A stretch of 64,000 nt of DNA from Heterodontus francisci (Eukaryota), in contig NC_090375.1 of the NCBI RefSeq assembly GCF_036365525.1, positions 199,259,864-199,323,863 of the forward strand, given 5' to 3'. Made by a program: the position numbers and the translations under genes. Below the pieces are notes generated by a model, which saw only the letters and a list, made by a program, of their open reading frames with translations, did not search any database and had not been told where the DNA came from. Shown piece by piece: positions 1 through 13,514 of this stretch (its first letter is position 1; each line of letters starts with the position of its first letter).

Positions 1-3000
1 ACGTTCGAAATCTGAGGAAGTTGTAGGAAAAAAACAGTTTGAAACAAAAAATACAACAGTCTGGCAGGGAAAGATTCAGGTATTTCCTTTGGCAAAAGAG
101 CCAATTTAAACTTGCCAGTACACATGGCAATGTTTTGTTCAGTTCTTGTTTAAAAAAGGAGGGGTGACAATGACATTACCTGTCAATCTGAGGGCTTTGG
201 CCCCGCCCTCTTTCAACGCAGCAGAGTATTAACCATTTCTGTTAGCAGCTTAAGGGAAGCACACACTTTTATAGATATTGCGCTTTTAAATTTTTTTAAG
301 TTTTTGAGTTTGGCGATGAGCAGAATGGATCTTTTGTTTTATTTTCCAAGTTACAGGCAGCTCCAAGTGCAACGGAATTTCCAACAGCTTCAAGAATTTC
401 AGGACATTTGTCACAGCATTGTGGCAATTGGGAGACTGGGAACAAGAAATTAGAATTTAAAATTGCATTCATATGAGTTGGTATTTTAAACATTTACAGG
501 GAACAACAAAAGGATATACACGCATAATTTCAGTGTTTTATGGATAAATAAAAAATGTTAATGTTTTCTTTGAACTGAATTAAATAAATTGATTTTAATA
601 TGAAATGATCTGAAGGCGGAAGAACTAGTGTTGAATCAAAAGGAATATCAAGCTAAGTAATGCAAATAGAGAGGAAAAAGAAAAAGAGAAATCGTGACCC
701 CAAAGTTACCAATAATACAGTGAGGGATATGGAGACCGCTAGACTATGAAAGTGTGGGTATGGTTGGTGATATCGGGCGAGACAACAAGACATTTTGTTG
801 GAAGCGATTTCCAGTTCAAGGGGTAGGCACCCATATGTGCCAGGATAAAGATCAGGAACTACGCTGCTCAAGTAGCAGGATGAGCAGCGTGCCGGGCATT
901 TGGGTAAGATTGCCCAGGAAGTCTCAGCCGTTAATCACAGTTGAAGTGTCTCTAACAGAGCCCAGGCACAAAAAATGGTTTAGCATTGATACCTATTGGG
1001 AAAATGTTAGGCCATGAGGTGGCACCGATGATATTGAATTTGACAGAAATAGGGTTGCCCAGGTGATCTGGGAGAAAGAAGCAGAATTTGAATGACAAGT
1101 TATTGGATAATGAGTTGGTACCCAGAGTAAGGACCAGTGGTGACGGATCTCGTCTCTGGAGACAGGTATATTTCCCATTCATACCAAAAGGGGGCCAGCT
1201 GAAGGAGGAGGAGTCAATGTCACAGCCACCGTCTTTAATACTGGGAAGTCGCTGGTGTATAGTTTGGATCTGGCATCTCTGGAAGCAGAGATAAAGGATT
1301 TCAAGGGAAGGCTGAAGGATATTCTTATGAATGAGAATACCAAGCAGGACTCACAGCTGAGGAAAGATCATAGTATGGCAGTTTATTTAAACAATGTATC
1401 AGAGCTATTGGAAGACCAAACTAAAGCTATAAATAAACTCATCCAGGTGGATGGGAACACTTTTGATGAGGCTGCCTGTAATGGTGTGTGAATTATGTAT
1501 GCTTACCGGTTGGTGGAACAGGCCAGGGAAAATCTGAGGCAAATTCACATGGGGAAGTGCCCCCTTGGGTCACTCAGGATTATCTGGACACGTTGATGAA
1601 GGATAGAACAACATCCCTGTGTGCCACCTCAGAGGATTGGTGCGGTATACCCAATACACACAGATTGTAAAAGGGGAGATCTCAAAATAATGGGTTTGGT
1701 GATGTACCTTCTGGTAATGCCACACAGTGAAGCACCGCTCCCAGTCTATAGAATTGAGAAAAATGGAGTCATCGAGGGGGATATTCATATTGACGGGAGC
1801 TAGGTTAGAAGGGTGCACTGACAGAAGAGGCAACGTGGTTTGCACATATCAGTTGGAAAAGCATGCCCAGTCAACATGTGGATTTAACCTTACTGAGCTA
1901 AACTGTATCATGGAGGCTGCAAGGACGGATCTGAAGCCTACGCAGGCAGCCTCTGTCAGGGAAGGGAATACTGTGTGACAACTAAGGGAAAGTGGAACAA
2001 GTATGGAAGGAATTTATGGTGCCTGATATCCCAACCTAACTTCTATTTTACTCCTGAAGGGCCTGTCGGGACAGGCAATAGGGAGATTGTAAATATTTAG
2101 ATCCACAACAGTACTGAGCTTAATGTGAGGGATGATTTAAAGGGAACTTTGAGACAATATGTGGAGATGTTCCGGCTTGACACACCCCTGTTACTTAAGC
2201 ATTTGACTAAGTTGCGGGGGGAGATTGATCAGTCACGAAAAGTTTATTAACAAATCCAATGAATGAGCCACCAGATTTTGCAAGAGATTAATGACATTTC
2301 AGTAACATCTTGCTGGGATGAGATATGGAATTGGAGAGGTATTATTGAGATACACTCCTGGATAAGAATTATCTCCTACATGCTCGTCATTGTACAATTG
2401 CTTCTTGTTCTTTATTTGCTGCATGAACTATGTTATTGGCACAAACATAGTACAGTGGAACAGCGGGTGAAAATGTTACTGGAGGGACAGAATAAGGTGA
2501 ATGGATTAGTTTCGGAAGTGTCGAAATATTCACAGATGGAATTATACACTTAAGGGTTGATGCAGTAAGACAATTGAATATGTCTTGTATTTTTGTTATG
2601 TTGTGAGGCATTTGTTCATATATTCTGTATTTCTGTTCAAAAGACAAATGTAACCAGTTGTGGTGTGGGCCAGCATGTGGAGTTCACCAGATGGTGAAGA
2701 CGTGGAGGCAAAGGACTTTGGGGCGAAGGGAGATGAATTCTGACTGAAGACATCATCACTGAGTTTCATATTGGACTTCAAAAAAATAAAAGACAGTGTA
2801 ATGGAACTAGAACCCTTCATATACACACAGACAGTCGAATCAGGATATGTTACTGCTGTGCTAGCCTGTGCTGTTAGAATATCAAATAGTCTGTCTACAA
2901 CCAGACTCAGGGACAATGGCCTTTTGAAATATGTGTGAATGGCTTCCTTCTTGCATTATTAAGATGTAGACATATATGCACCTCAGAACTCCCCCTGCCG

Positions 3001-3408
3001 AGAGCTGGATATGACATGCATAGCCAGGTGGGATCGATACGACATTGAAACTCACATGGATGACCCAATTCAAAACATTACCTTATATGTCAAGGGACCT
3101 GGGTCAGAAAGGGGTGTAAAGCCACAACTCACAAAGATATTGTTGTTGCATTTGGGAAGTGTGACTTGGTCAGTCACAGGAAGACATGCGGGAGACATCA
3201 TTCATTGGACCTGACCACCCAAGAACGAGTTTCTGTATGTGCGCCTACTAAGCAACTGGTGTTGTAAGTATATACTATTGCTTGGTGAGTTAATAAAGGT
3301 GTTTCACATAAAGTGGAAATTGTATCCAAAGCTTGTTTCGTTTGCTTGATACTAAGGATTTGGTCAGGATCTTAGAGGGAAGTGAGACCCCCCTTTTTAA
3401 GTCTTACA
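1..3408 (+). mobile_element. LTR element copy A (3' internal region with decayed env-like gene plus 3' LTR ~2564-3408)
   Basis: LTR ends in GTCTTACA (3401-3408) and starts (a)GTAAGAC after a purine-rich tract; AATAAA near 3292. Paralogous to 23030-26495 and 58864-62254. Confidence 0.85.
700..2553 (+). pseudogene. Frameshifted env/fusion-glycoprotein-like gene of the LTR element
   Basis: Pieces across frames: NVTATVFNTGKSLVYSLDLASLEAEIKDFKGRL (fusion peptide plus heptad), Cys-rich GCTDRRGNVVC..STCGFNLTELNC, then WDEIWNW and a hydrophobic TM IISYMLVIVQLLLVLYLL. The 5' boundary is approximate. Confidence 0.7.
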
Positions 3409-3414
3409 GCTTCT

Positions 3415-3835
3415 AAATCCTCACCTAGCCCTGATGTGAAACTAACTGGCCTGAGTGATTGCTAGGTCTGTCCTTACCCCCTTTCTCAAACAAGGATGTC
3501 ACATTTGCCATGGTGCACTCCTCTGGTACCTCCACCTTATCGAGGGAAGATAGGAAGGTTTTGGCAAGCCCTTCCATTATCTCTACTCCCACTTTCTTTA
3601 CCAACTTGGGATGCAAGCCATCCGGACCAGGTGATTTATCTACCCTAGCGTAGCCAACCATTTTAGCACCTCTCCACTCTCAATGTTTACCCTACGCATT
3701 GCCTTTACTCTCTCTGCTTCTACTGGTATTTTGTCAGGTTCTTCTTCCTTCGCAAACACCAATGCAAAGTGCACATTAAGTATTTGAGCCTTGCCCTTTG
3801 CCTCTAAGCACAATTACTGATATCAGCTTTTAACT
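3415..3835 (-). mobile_element. CR1 LINE ORF2 fragment
   Basis: ORF 3425..3661 has DKSPGPDGLHP...ANVTSLFEKG, a typical CR1 pre-RT motif. Confidence 0.85.
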
Positions 3836-3934
3836 CCAGATTTATTTAATGAACTGAATTTAAATTCTCCAACTTCTGTGGTGGGATTTGAACTCGTATT
3901 TCCAGATCATTAGTCCAGAACTCTGCATTGCTAT

Positions 3935-6655
3935 AACAAAACCAAAATACTGCAGATGGTGGAAATGTGAAATAAAAACAGAAAGTGCTGGAAATACTCA
4001 GCAGGTCTGGCAGCATCTGTGACGTGATAAGCAGAGCTAAAGTTTCAGGTCAGTGACCCTTCATCGGGCTTTGAGCAAGTGAATGGGGGGAGGGGGAAGA
4101 AAATCAAAAGGGAAGGTGTGTGATAGGCAGGAGAGATTAACAACAGAGATGTCACAGAAGAAAAGACAAAGGGAGTCGTGATAGTTGTAGTAAAGACAAA
4201 ATATTAGTCCAGAGAGATTTCTAATGGCAGAAAAAGTAACAGCTACATCCAAATGCAGAAACATGAACACACAAGTTTAAGACAGGCACATGGATAATAA
4301 ATAAAATAAATAATTAAATATTTTTAATAGATTAAAATGGCAGTCATGATCTGATATTGCTGAATTCAGCATTGAGTCCAGAAGGCTGTACAGTGAAAAA
4401 TCGCAAGATTCCCATGATCGCTTCATGGGAACACTGTAGCAGGTCAAGGAGAGGAATGTAGGCATGAGAACAGGGTGGTGAGTTAAAGTTGCAAGCAAAC
4501 AGAAGCCCTGGGTCATGCTTGAGGACGAGCAGAGGTATTCTGCAAAGTGGTCACCCAATCTGGACTTTGTTGAAATGACGTATGGCATTAGAAGAGTCAC
4601 AGATGTCGGTGGGAAGAGACGAGAAAAGGGGGGGAAATAGTGTCAAGATAGGAAGAAACAAGTTCATTGGGGCAGGAAGAGGCTGAAACGATGGGTCTTC
4701 CAGAACAGTCTTGTTTGTGGCTTTTGGGAAGGAGGTAAATGTGGGCTATTCAAGATGGAAAGACAATGAGGTGGGAAACTGTAGAGGGAATTTCTCCAGA
4801 GGTGATGAGGTCGCTGACAGTCCTGGAGACAGTGGATTGATGTTTGGTGGTGGGATCATGGTCCATGGGGAGGTAGGAAGAAGTGTCTGAGAATTGGCAC
4901 TCTGCCTCTGCAAGGTAGAGGTCGGCACACTAGACAACAACGGAACCACCTTTGTAAGCGGGTTTGATGACAATGTCAGGGTGAGACCTGAGAGAATGGA
5001 ATGCAGCAAGTTCAGAGGGAGACACGTTAGAGTGAGTGAGGGGAGCAGAGTAATTAAGACAGCCGATGTCACGCTGTCTCAATGAAAAGACAAAGAGCAG
5101 GTAACAGGCCAGAGGGAGGGATCCACGTGGAGGTAGAGTACAGGGGGAGGGAGAAAGGATCTGCTGATAGATAGACGACTCCTGGCTAAAGAAGTGAGCC
5201 CAGAGGCAAAGCTGATGGAAGAAGAGTTTGGCATCATGCTGAGCCCGAAATTCATTGAGCTGGGCATTAGAGGAGGGTGGTTAATTAAAATGACAAGCAA
5301 CCAGAAGCTCAGGGTCATGCTTGTGGACTGAGTGGAGGAGTTCCACAAAGCAATCATCCAATCTGTGTTTGGTCTCCCCAGTATAGAGGATACCACATTG
5401 TGAGCAGTGAATACAGTATACGAAATGGAAAGAAGTACATGTAAATTGCTGCTTCACCAGGAAGCAATGTTTGGGACATTTGATGGTGAGGAGAAAGGAG
5501 GTGAAAGGACAGGTACTACACCTCTTGTGATTGCATGGGAAGGTGCCGTGGTAAGGAGACAAGGTGTCGGGCGACAGAGGAGTGGACCAGGGTGTTTTGA
5601 AGGGAATAATCCCTTTGCAATGCTGACAGGTGAGGGGAGAGGAAGATGGGTTTGGTGATGGCATCACGATGGAGGTGGTGAAAATGGCGGAGGATGATCC
5701 TTTTGGTATGAAGGCTGGTGGGGTGGAAAGTGAGGAAAAGAAGAACCATGTTGGGGTTCTGGGAGGGAGGAGAAGGGATGAGGGCAGAAGTGCGGGAGAT
5801 GGGTCGGACGGTCAAGGTCCCTGTCAACAACAGTTGGGGCGTGGAGGGAGGGAATCCTCAATTGAGAATAAAGGAAAACATATCAGAGGAACTGTTGTGG
5901 AAGCCAAGTTGATAATGTTTTCCAGTTCGGGGTGAAAGGAGGAAATGACACTGATACAGTTGTCAATATACCAGAAAAAGAGTTGGGGAACAGACCTGAG
6001 TAGGACTGGAACAAGGATTGCTCGACATACCCCACAAAAATACAGGCATAACTAGGTCCAATGTGGGTACCCATAGCAACACCTTCAATTTGGTGGAAGT
6101 GAGTGGAGTTGAAGGCGAAGTTGTTCAATGTGAGAACAAGTTCAGCTAGGTAGAGGAGGGTGATGGTGGACGGGGACTAGTTGGGCCTCGGTTCAAGGAA
6201 GACACCGAGATCTCTCAGAATGTACTGGTGGGGGATGGAAGTATAGAGAGATTGAACGTCCATGGTGAAGCGGAGGCGGTTAGAGCCAGGAAACTGGACA
6301 TTGTTGAAATGACGAAGGGTGTCAGAAGGTTCACAGATGTAGGTGAGAAGAGACTAGACTAGGAGAGACAAAATAGAGTCAAGATAGGAAGAAATACGTT
6401 CAGTGGGGCAGGAACAAGCTGAAATAATGGGTCTACCAGGGCAGTCCTGTTTGTGGATTTTGGGAAGGAGGTAAAGTGGGCTGTTCAAGGTTCTGAGACT
6501 ATGAAGTTGGAAGCTGTAGAGGGAAGATCTCCAGAGGAGATGAGGTCAGTGACAGTCCTGAAAACAGTGGCTTGATGTTGGGTGGTGGGGTCATGGTCCG
6601 GGGTAGGTCAGAAGAATTATCTGAGAGTTGATAGCCTCTGAAATGTAGAGGTTGG
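3935..6655 (-). mobile_element. Rearranged Penelope-like element(s) (RT and GIY-YIG remnants, terminal repeat at ~3935-4300)
   Basis: NNFAFNSTHFHQIEGVAMGTHIGPSYACIFVGY (RT, 5883..6128) and VYCIHCSQCGILYTGETKHRL (GIY-YIG, 5281..5667); homologous to the + strand element at 39.6-44.9 kb. Confidence 0.85.
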
Positions 6656-6737
6656 TATTTATATGTTATGTCTGTTCAGCATTCTTTATCACGTGTTCAT
6701 CATTTTCAAATCACATAACTTTGCGCATTTTTTCTAG

Positions 6738-7030
6738 GTGGGTGTTTTGCCTTGTCTGTAACGCAGACTGCAAAATCAATAACAGGAAGCCCCGGTAAAA
6801 GTGTCAGATTTCAGTGTACGGTAAGCGGAGGGAGCACCGTGATCCATTGGTACCAGCAGAGACCCGGTCAGGCGCTCGCCAGAATCCTCTATTATGACAA
6901 GAGCCTCACTCGGGATCCAGAATTCAGCTCCAGGTTCAAAGCAGATAAGAATAACAATGTGCACACTTTAATAATCAATAACATCGCGGAAGAATAACTC
7001 TGCCACTTATTACTGTGCCTATTGGGACAG
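6738..7030 (+). pseudogene. TRGV: TCR gamma V pseudogene V-a (exon 2 only; stop plus 1-nt insertion in FR3; leader missing)
   Basis: Acceptor tttctag|GT at 6737/6738, then GCFALSVTQ...VRFQC..VIHWYQQRPGQ..RILYY..RFKA. TAAC stands where a single Asp codon is expected (stop 6995-6997); SATYYCAYWD follows in the shifted frame. Confidence 0.9.
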
Positions 7031-7069
7031 CACAGTGCTGAACAGAGACAGAAACCCTTTACAAAAACC
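7031..7069 (+). promoter_or_regulatory. 23-RSS of V-a (perfect consensus)
   Basis: CACAGTG (7031-7037) + 23 nt + ACAAAAACC (7061-7069). Confidence 0.97.
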
Positions 7070-7905
7070 CGGGCGCTTTAGCTCGCTCCCCCGTCAGCAA
7101 CAAACAACAACAACTTACATTGATATACGTCTCTGGAGCAAAGGCGGGAAAATGAAGTTGAGGAGCGGACCAGCCATAATCAGACTGAATAGTGAACAGG
7201 CTTGATGGGCTGAATGGCCTCCTCCTGTTTCTGTGATCCACAAGAAATGATCTTGGTTAATCTCTTCCCTTTATTTTTCCGACTGGAATACAAGCTGGAT
7301 TTAAAGAAGAAAGAAGCCCCTGTGTGCCCAACAGACTATTACAAATGATAGATTTTTCAGTTATCTACTTTACAGCCTTTTGGTCGAACACTGAGTTAAA
7401 CAATTCCAGACCATAACCTCTGCCCCCATTCAGCTGTTACCATTTCCACCTCCTCTAGAGCCATCTGTTGTTTCTTTTCTCATTCCATTACCATCTCTTT
7501 TTGCCTCACACCATCATCCCTTTTCTCATTTAATCTCTCCTGCTTTCCACTCCATCACAGATATTCCCTTTTCTTCTTTCACCCACCCACCCCAGCCCTT
7601 TCCTTGCCTCTATTCTTACTTAAAACCTGTCACATTTCTAATTTTTGCTAGTTCTGATGAAAGGTCATCGACCTGAATCGTGAACTCTGTTTCTCTCGCC
7701 ACAGATGCTGCCGGACCTGCTGAGTATTGCCAGCATTTTCAGCTTTTATTACAAAATAATCAATCCGGGCATCTGGAAAGAGGCGAACGAGAAGACGGGG
7801 CGGGTTTAACAAAGTCTCATTGATTGGGTTGTGGGAAGTGAATCATTTCCTTTTAGCTTGTAACCAGTTGGTTGAGTGAACAGTCCCTGATCCAGCAGAG
7901 TGAAC

Positions 7906-7948
7906 ATGTCACTGTATTACTGGTTCATTGTGGTGATCGTTTTTCCCT
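7906..7948 (+). pseudogene. Orphan TRGV leader exon with promoter (paralogue of the V-e leader); V exon absent
   Basis: MSLYYWFIVVIVFP + T|GTATGT donor. 7252-7984 matches 28255-28950, and homology breaks in the intron at ~7985. Confidence 0.85.
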
Positions 7949-8314
7949 GTATGTGTTTCTGATGCTATTATTCAAATGTTGTTGTGATGAGAATAATCGA
8001 TGCATCACTACTCAATCAACAATCAATCAACAATCATTCAATCACTAATCGCAGGTTCGGTGCTCGCTTTAACATTGGTGACAACTGGACTTCAAGCGCC
8101 GGACACAACACAACTCCCACACACGAGGACAATATCCCTCTGCAATTCCTTATTCTCAATTTCCCAATGATCCCTCGTCGTCTCCCTGATAAGCGATGCT
8201 CAGAATTCACAAATCCTTGATTTCTTCCATTTTGGAACAGATATAAAAAATCACTCGTGGATTCCGTTATTTTCCCGATTGTTAATGACAGCTAGTTTAT
8301 TTTCTGCTACTCTT

Positions 8315-11300
8315 ACAGAGTCATAGAGTAGTACAGCATAGAAACAGGTCCTTCGGCCCACCGTGTACATGCCGACCATAATGCCTATCTGTCCTAATCC
8401 CACCTGCCTGCATTAATTCCATATCTCCATATCCCTCTATGCCTTGCTCATTCAAGTACCTGTCCAGATGCCTCTTAAATGTTGCTACTGTTCCTGCCTC
8501 CACCACCTCCTCTGGCAGCTCATTCCAGACACCCACTATTCTTTGTGTGAAAAATTTACCACTTTGATCCCTGTTAAACCTCCTCCCTCTCACCTTAAAT
8601 CTGTGCCCTCTAGTTTTAGTCAGCCCTACCATGGGAAACAGACTCTGGCTATCTACCTTATCTATGCCTCTCATAATTTTATATACCTCTATCATGTCCC
8701 CTTTCAGCCTCCTTCACTCCAGAGAAAAGAGACCCAGCCTATCCAATCTCTCTTTATAACTCAAGGCCTCCAAACCAGGCAACATCCTTGTGAATCTTTT
8801 CTGCACCCTCTCTAGCTTAATCACATCTTTCCTGCAGTGCGGCGACCAGAACTGCACACAGTACTCCAAATGCAGCCTAACCAGCGTTTTGAAACATGAC
8901 GTCCCAACTCTTATACTCAATGCCTCGGCCGATAAAGGCAAGCATGGAAAATGCCTTCTTCATCACCCTGTCTACCTGTGTTGCCACTTTCAGGGAACTA
9001 AGTACTTGCACCCGAAGGTCTCTCTGCTCAAGAACACTCCCCAGTGCCCTGCCATTCACTGTATATGTCTTGCCTGGTTTAACTTCCCAAAATGCATCAC
9101 TTCGCACTTGTCTGCGTTAAATTCCATTTTCCAATTCCTTGCCCACTTTTACACTTTATCTATATCCTGTTGTAACTTTAGACAACCTTCTTCACTGTCC
9201 ACTATACCACCAATTTTGGTGTCATCTGCAAATTTACTAATCATGCCCTTTACATTCACATCCAAGTCATTAATACATATGACAAACAACAGAAGGCTGA
9301 GCACCGATCCCTGCAGCACACCACTGGTCACTGGCCTCCAATCTGAAAAACAACCCTCCACTACCACTCTCTGCCTCCTATCACTGAGCCAATTTTGTAT
9401 GCAATTGGCTAGCTCACCCTGGATCCCATTTGCTTGAACCTTCTGGACAAGCCTATCATGCGGGATCTTGTCAAAGGCCTTGCTAAGGTCCATGTCGACG
9501 ACGTCCATCGCCCTGCCCTCGTCAATCCTCTTGGACACCTCCTCAAAAAACTCAATCAAATTCGTGAGATATGATTTCCCACACACAAAGCTATGCTGAC
9601 TATCCCTAATCAGACCATGCCTTTCCAAATGCATTTAAATCCTTTCTCTCAGAATCCCTTCCAATAACTTTCCCACCATCGATGTAAGGCTCAGCGGCCT
9701 CTAGTTCCCTAACTTGTCCCTGCTGCCCTTCTTAAATAAAGGCACAACATTAGCTATCCTCCAGTCCTCTGGTACCTCACCCATGGTTAACGATGATACA
9801 AAAATCTCTGCTAGGGCCCCAGCAATCTCTTCCCTTGCTTCCCATAGCATCCTCGTATACACCTGGTCAGGCCCTGGGGATTTATCCACCTTAATGCGCT
9901 TCAAAACCTCCAACACCTCCTCCTTTGTAATGTTGATATGCTCCAGGATATCGCTGTTGTTGAACTCACTGGCTTCCATGACCTTCTCCACAGTAAATAC
10001 AGACGAGAAGTACTCATTTAAGACCTCGCCCATTTCACGTGGCTCCACACATAGATTACTACACTGATCCTTAAGTGGACCTAGCTACCCATTTACTCTT
10101 AATATACTTATAGAATCGTTTAGTATTCTCCTTTATCTTATCTGCCAGGGAAATCTCATGGCCCGTTTTTGCCCTCCTAATTTCCTTCTTAAGTGTACTC
10201 CTGCATCCCCTACACTCATTGAGGGACTCGCTTGATCCCAGCTGCCTATACCTGACATATGCCTCCTTCTTTGTCCTGACCAGACCCTCAATATCCCTCG
10301 TCAGCCAAGATTCCCTAAACTTGCCATCCTTGCCTTTCCATCTAATAGGAGCATGCCAGCCCTGAGCTCTTCCTATCTCAGTTTTAAAAGCCTCCCACCT
10401 GCCAGACGTCCCTTTACCTGTAAACATCCTCTCCCATTCAACTTTTGAGAGTTCCTGTCTGATGCCATTGAAATTAGCCTTCCCCCAATTTAGGACTTCA
10501 ACCTGAGGACCAGTCCTATCCTTTTGCATAACTATCTTGAAGCTAATAGAGTTATGGTCAACGGTCCCAAAGAGCTCACCCACTGACACATCAACCACCT
10601 GCCCAACTTCATTTCCTAAGAAGAGGTCGAGTGTAGCCCCTTCTCTGGTAGAGCCATCCACATACTGCTTCAGAAAACTATCCTGGACACACTTAACAAA
10701 TTCTTCCCCATCTGATCCCTTACCACTAAGGCAGTCCCAGTCAATATTAGGGAAATTAAAATCACCTACTATTACAACCGTATAATTCCAACACCTATCT
10801 GTGATTTCCCTACATATATGCTCCTCCAATTCCTTCTGACTATTGGGGGCCCTATAGCATAATCCCATCAAAGTGATCACCTCTTTCTTATTTCTAAGTT
10901 CTACCCATATGGCCTCACTGGACGTTCCCCCCTGGATATCCTTTCTAAGTACTGCCGTGATGTCCTCCCTAATCAATAGTGCAACTCCTCCTCCTCTCTT
11001 ACCTCCACCTCTGTCATGCCAGAAGCATCGGTACCTCGGAACATTGAGCTGCCAGTCCGGCCCATCCCTCAACCACATTTCCGTAATAGCTATAATATCA
11101 CAATCCCATGTACCTAGCCATGCTCTGAGTTCATCTACTTACCAGTAAGGCTTTTTGCATTAAATTAAATGCAGTTTAGCCTACCAGACCTTTCACTCTC
11201 CTTGTCCTGCCCCTGCCTGGCCTGCCTACTGGACTTGCTTACTTTAACCTCGACATTTGACTCAACTATCTCATCGGACAGACTATTACTTTGGGTCCCA

Positions 11301-11480
11301 CCCCACTGCAAGACTAGTTTAAACCCTCCCGAGTAGTACTAACAAACCTCCCCGCAAGGATATTGGCCCCCTTCCAGTTCAGATGCAACTCGTCCCTCTT
11401 GTACAGATCGCCTCTGCACCAGAAGAGATCCCAATGATCCAAGCAGCTTAAGCCCTCCTGCCCACACCAGCTCTTCAGCC
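8315..11480 (-). mobile_element. CR1 LINE, 5'-truncated (endonuclease, RT, 3' tail; disrupted)
   Basis: APE motifs (IVGDFNFPNIDW, TREGATLDL, DHN) in 10071..11078; RT motifs (DLSKAFDK, GVLQGSVL, KFADDTK) in 9149..9634. Confidence 0.95.
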
Positions 11481-13514
11481 AAAAGGTATTTCATTGGCTG
11501 TAAAGCGCTTCGGTGGTCGTGTAAAGTACTAGAGAAATGCAAGTTTATTTCTTTTAAAATAGTTTATAATGGAATAAACGGACACAGTGAAAGGAATGAT
11601 ATCGTTCCTTATTTTCAACTTTCTTGGGAACGTCCTGCATTTCCAAAGAATACGCGGCCTATAATTGATCAACAGTCTCTTTTTACTGAATTCTCACGTG
11701 TACGTTTCATGAAGCAGCGCCTCACACACACAATGGAAAAGGTCCACGTTCGTGCTTATATTTCGTGGAAGTTACATTCCCACGTGCTTTTTGTGAACCC
11801 AGAGCACATTCGGGTGTGTTCACACTGCGAGCTGTGCTGGTCCAAGGGTTGAGGCAGATTGTTTGGCCTTAGGTTTCGGACGTTTAGTCAGACCTATGGA
11901 TAGTAGGAGGACTCTTCATGCTACTGACAGCTTTGGTTGGAGTAATTGGCTGACATTTAACGCCGCCACCCCCTGGAGTGGGCTGGGGGGGGGGGAGGGG
12001 TGCCCACCGCCTACCCACCCCCCTGCTACCTTACCATCAGAGACGGAGATCGCAGGCAGCTTGCCCTTGGGCCAATTCAAGCTGTTAGGGGCTCCTCCTG
12101 CTGCTGCTGGTAGTTAACCAGTGACGGATAGGCACGTCACCTGGCAACCTCTTTGCAGGCTTGGGGGAATCTCCTGATCAGGACGCCCCATGTCCCACAG
12201 AGGGATAACCTTAGCAGCAAGGGCTGCCCCTGCTGGAACAGCTGCCCTCCCCTCTAGAGCGAGCCCCCTGCCCTCGCCGGGGCCTGTTTGATTGACCTCT
12301 GCGAACTCTGACCCCACTTGCCTGTTCCAAGGCCTGCTTCCATTGTGACTCTTCTCGCTGGAAGCTGATTGGTCGGCAGCTCTACAAACATGCGAACGTA
12401 CGAATTAGGGGCAGGGGTATGCCACTCGGCCCCTTAGACCCGCTCCGCCATTCACACCATATTCCCACTTACCCCCAATAACATTTCACCCCCTTGCTTA
12501 TCAAGAATCTATCTAACTGTACTTTAAAAATATTCAAAGACTCTGCTTCCACCACCATTTAAGGAAGAGTGTTCCAAAGACTCACGACCCTCTGAGAGAA
12601 AAAAAAAATCACCTCATCTCCGTCTTAAATGGGCGGCCCCTTATTTTTAAACAGTGACCCCGAGTTCTAGATTCTCCCACGAAAGAGTGTGAGAAAGGAA
12701 GAAACAAACAGATAGAGAGAGAGAGACAAAGGAAGATAAAGAAAGAAAGAGCTACACATTTGGTAGGAACAATGGGTCATGTGATTATTGCATGAATGGT
12801 TTTGAAAACCCAAGGATGACGTTGAAGGAGACCTAGGAGTCTCAGGAAACTCGATGTTCAACATGTCCAAACAACACAGAGCAGCAATCAACAAAGGCAA
12901 TAGAAAGTTCATCTCCAATCGTCAAATCAGTGACTGCAAGTTAGAGAAGGTAATGGATAAACTATACAGGGCTCTAGGCAGATCACATTGAATAACGCTT
13001 CCACCTCTGGTCGCCCAGACGCACAGGAGACAACATGCGGGAAGCAGTGCAGAGAGGTGTCAAAAGGTTGAGTTTTGCACAATGATTGAAGAGATTTGGG
13101 CTCTTGGTGCTGGTGAGAAGGTGTCAGAGAGATGTTTTTACAGGTGTGTAAGTTTGTTACCGGAATGGAAAAGGTGGATCTGTAATGTTACTTTCATTTA
13201 AACTGTAGGAATAGGACAAGGAAACACGGGACAACTTATAGAAGGAAACTCTAGGGCGAAATCAGAAAGCTGGTCACCCAGCGAGTGATCAACGCTTGGA
13301 ATGGACTCCCGGGCAGCGTGGTTGAGATGAAAGCCTGTTTTAATGAAACAGTGAATAACAAGATGAAACGTCACAGACACCAAATGGAAACAGCACCCTT
13401 GAGGCCACATGGGAATTCAGCAATGGGTGAAACTGATTGACAATTTCCGGTATTTCAGCGTCCCATTAACAGGTATTTGTAAACCTGGATCAGTTCTGTG
13501 TTGGGTACACAAAC

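Noticed and set aside
700-2553. Domesticated (syncytin-like) env gene
   Set aside because: All three copies carry multiple stops and frameshifts.
8790-9437. 215-aa + strand ORF (and similar ones such as 36085..36564)
   Set aside because: Antisense shadows of CR1 RT.
11583-11589. Isolated CACAGTG heptamer (others at ~16401, ~17838, ~17891, ~32616, ~32642)
   Set aside because: No nonamer at 12 or 23 nt for the 11583 site; the others lie in repeats with no adjacent V, D or J coding sequence.
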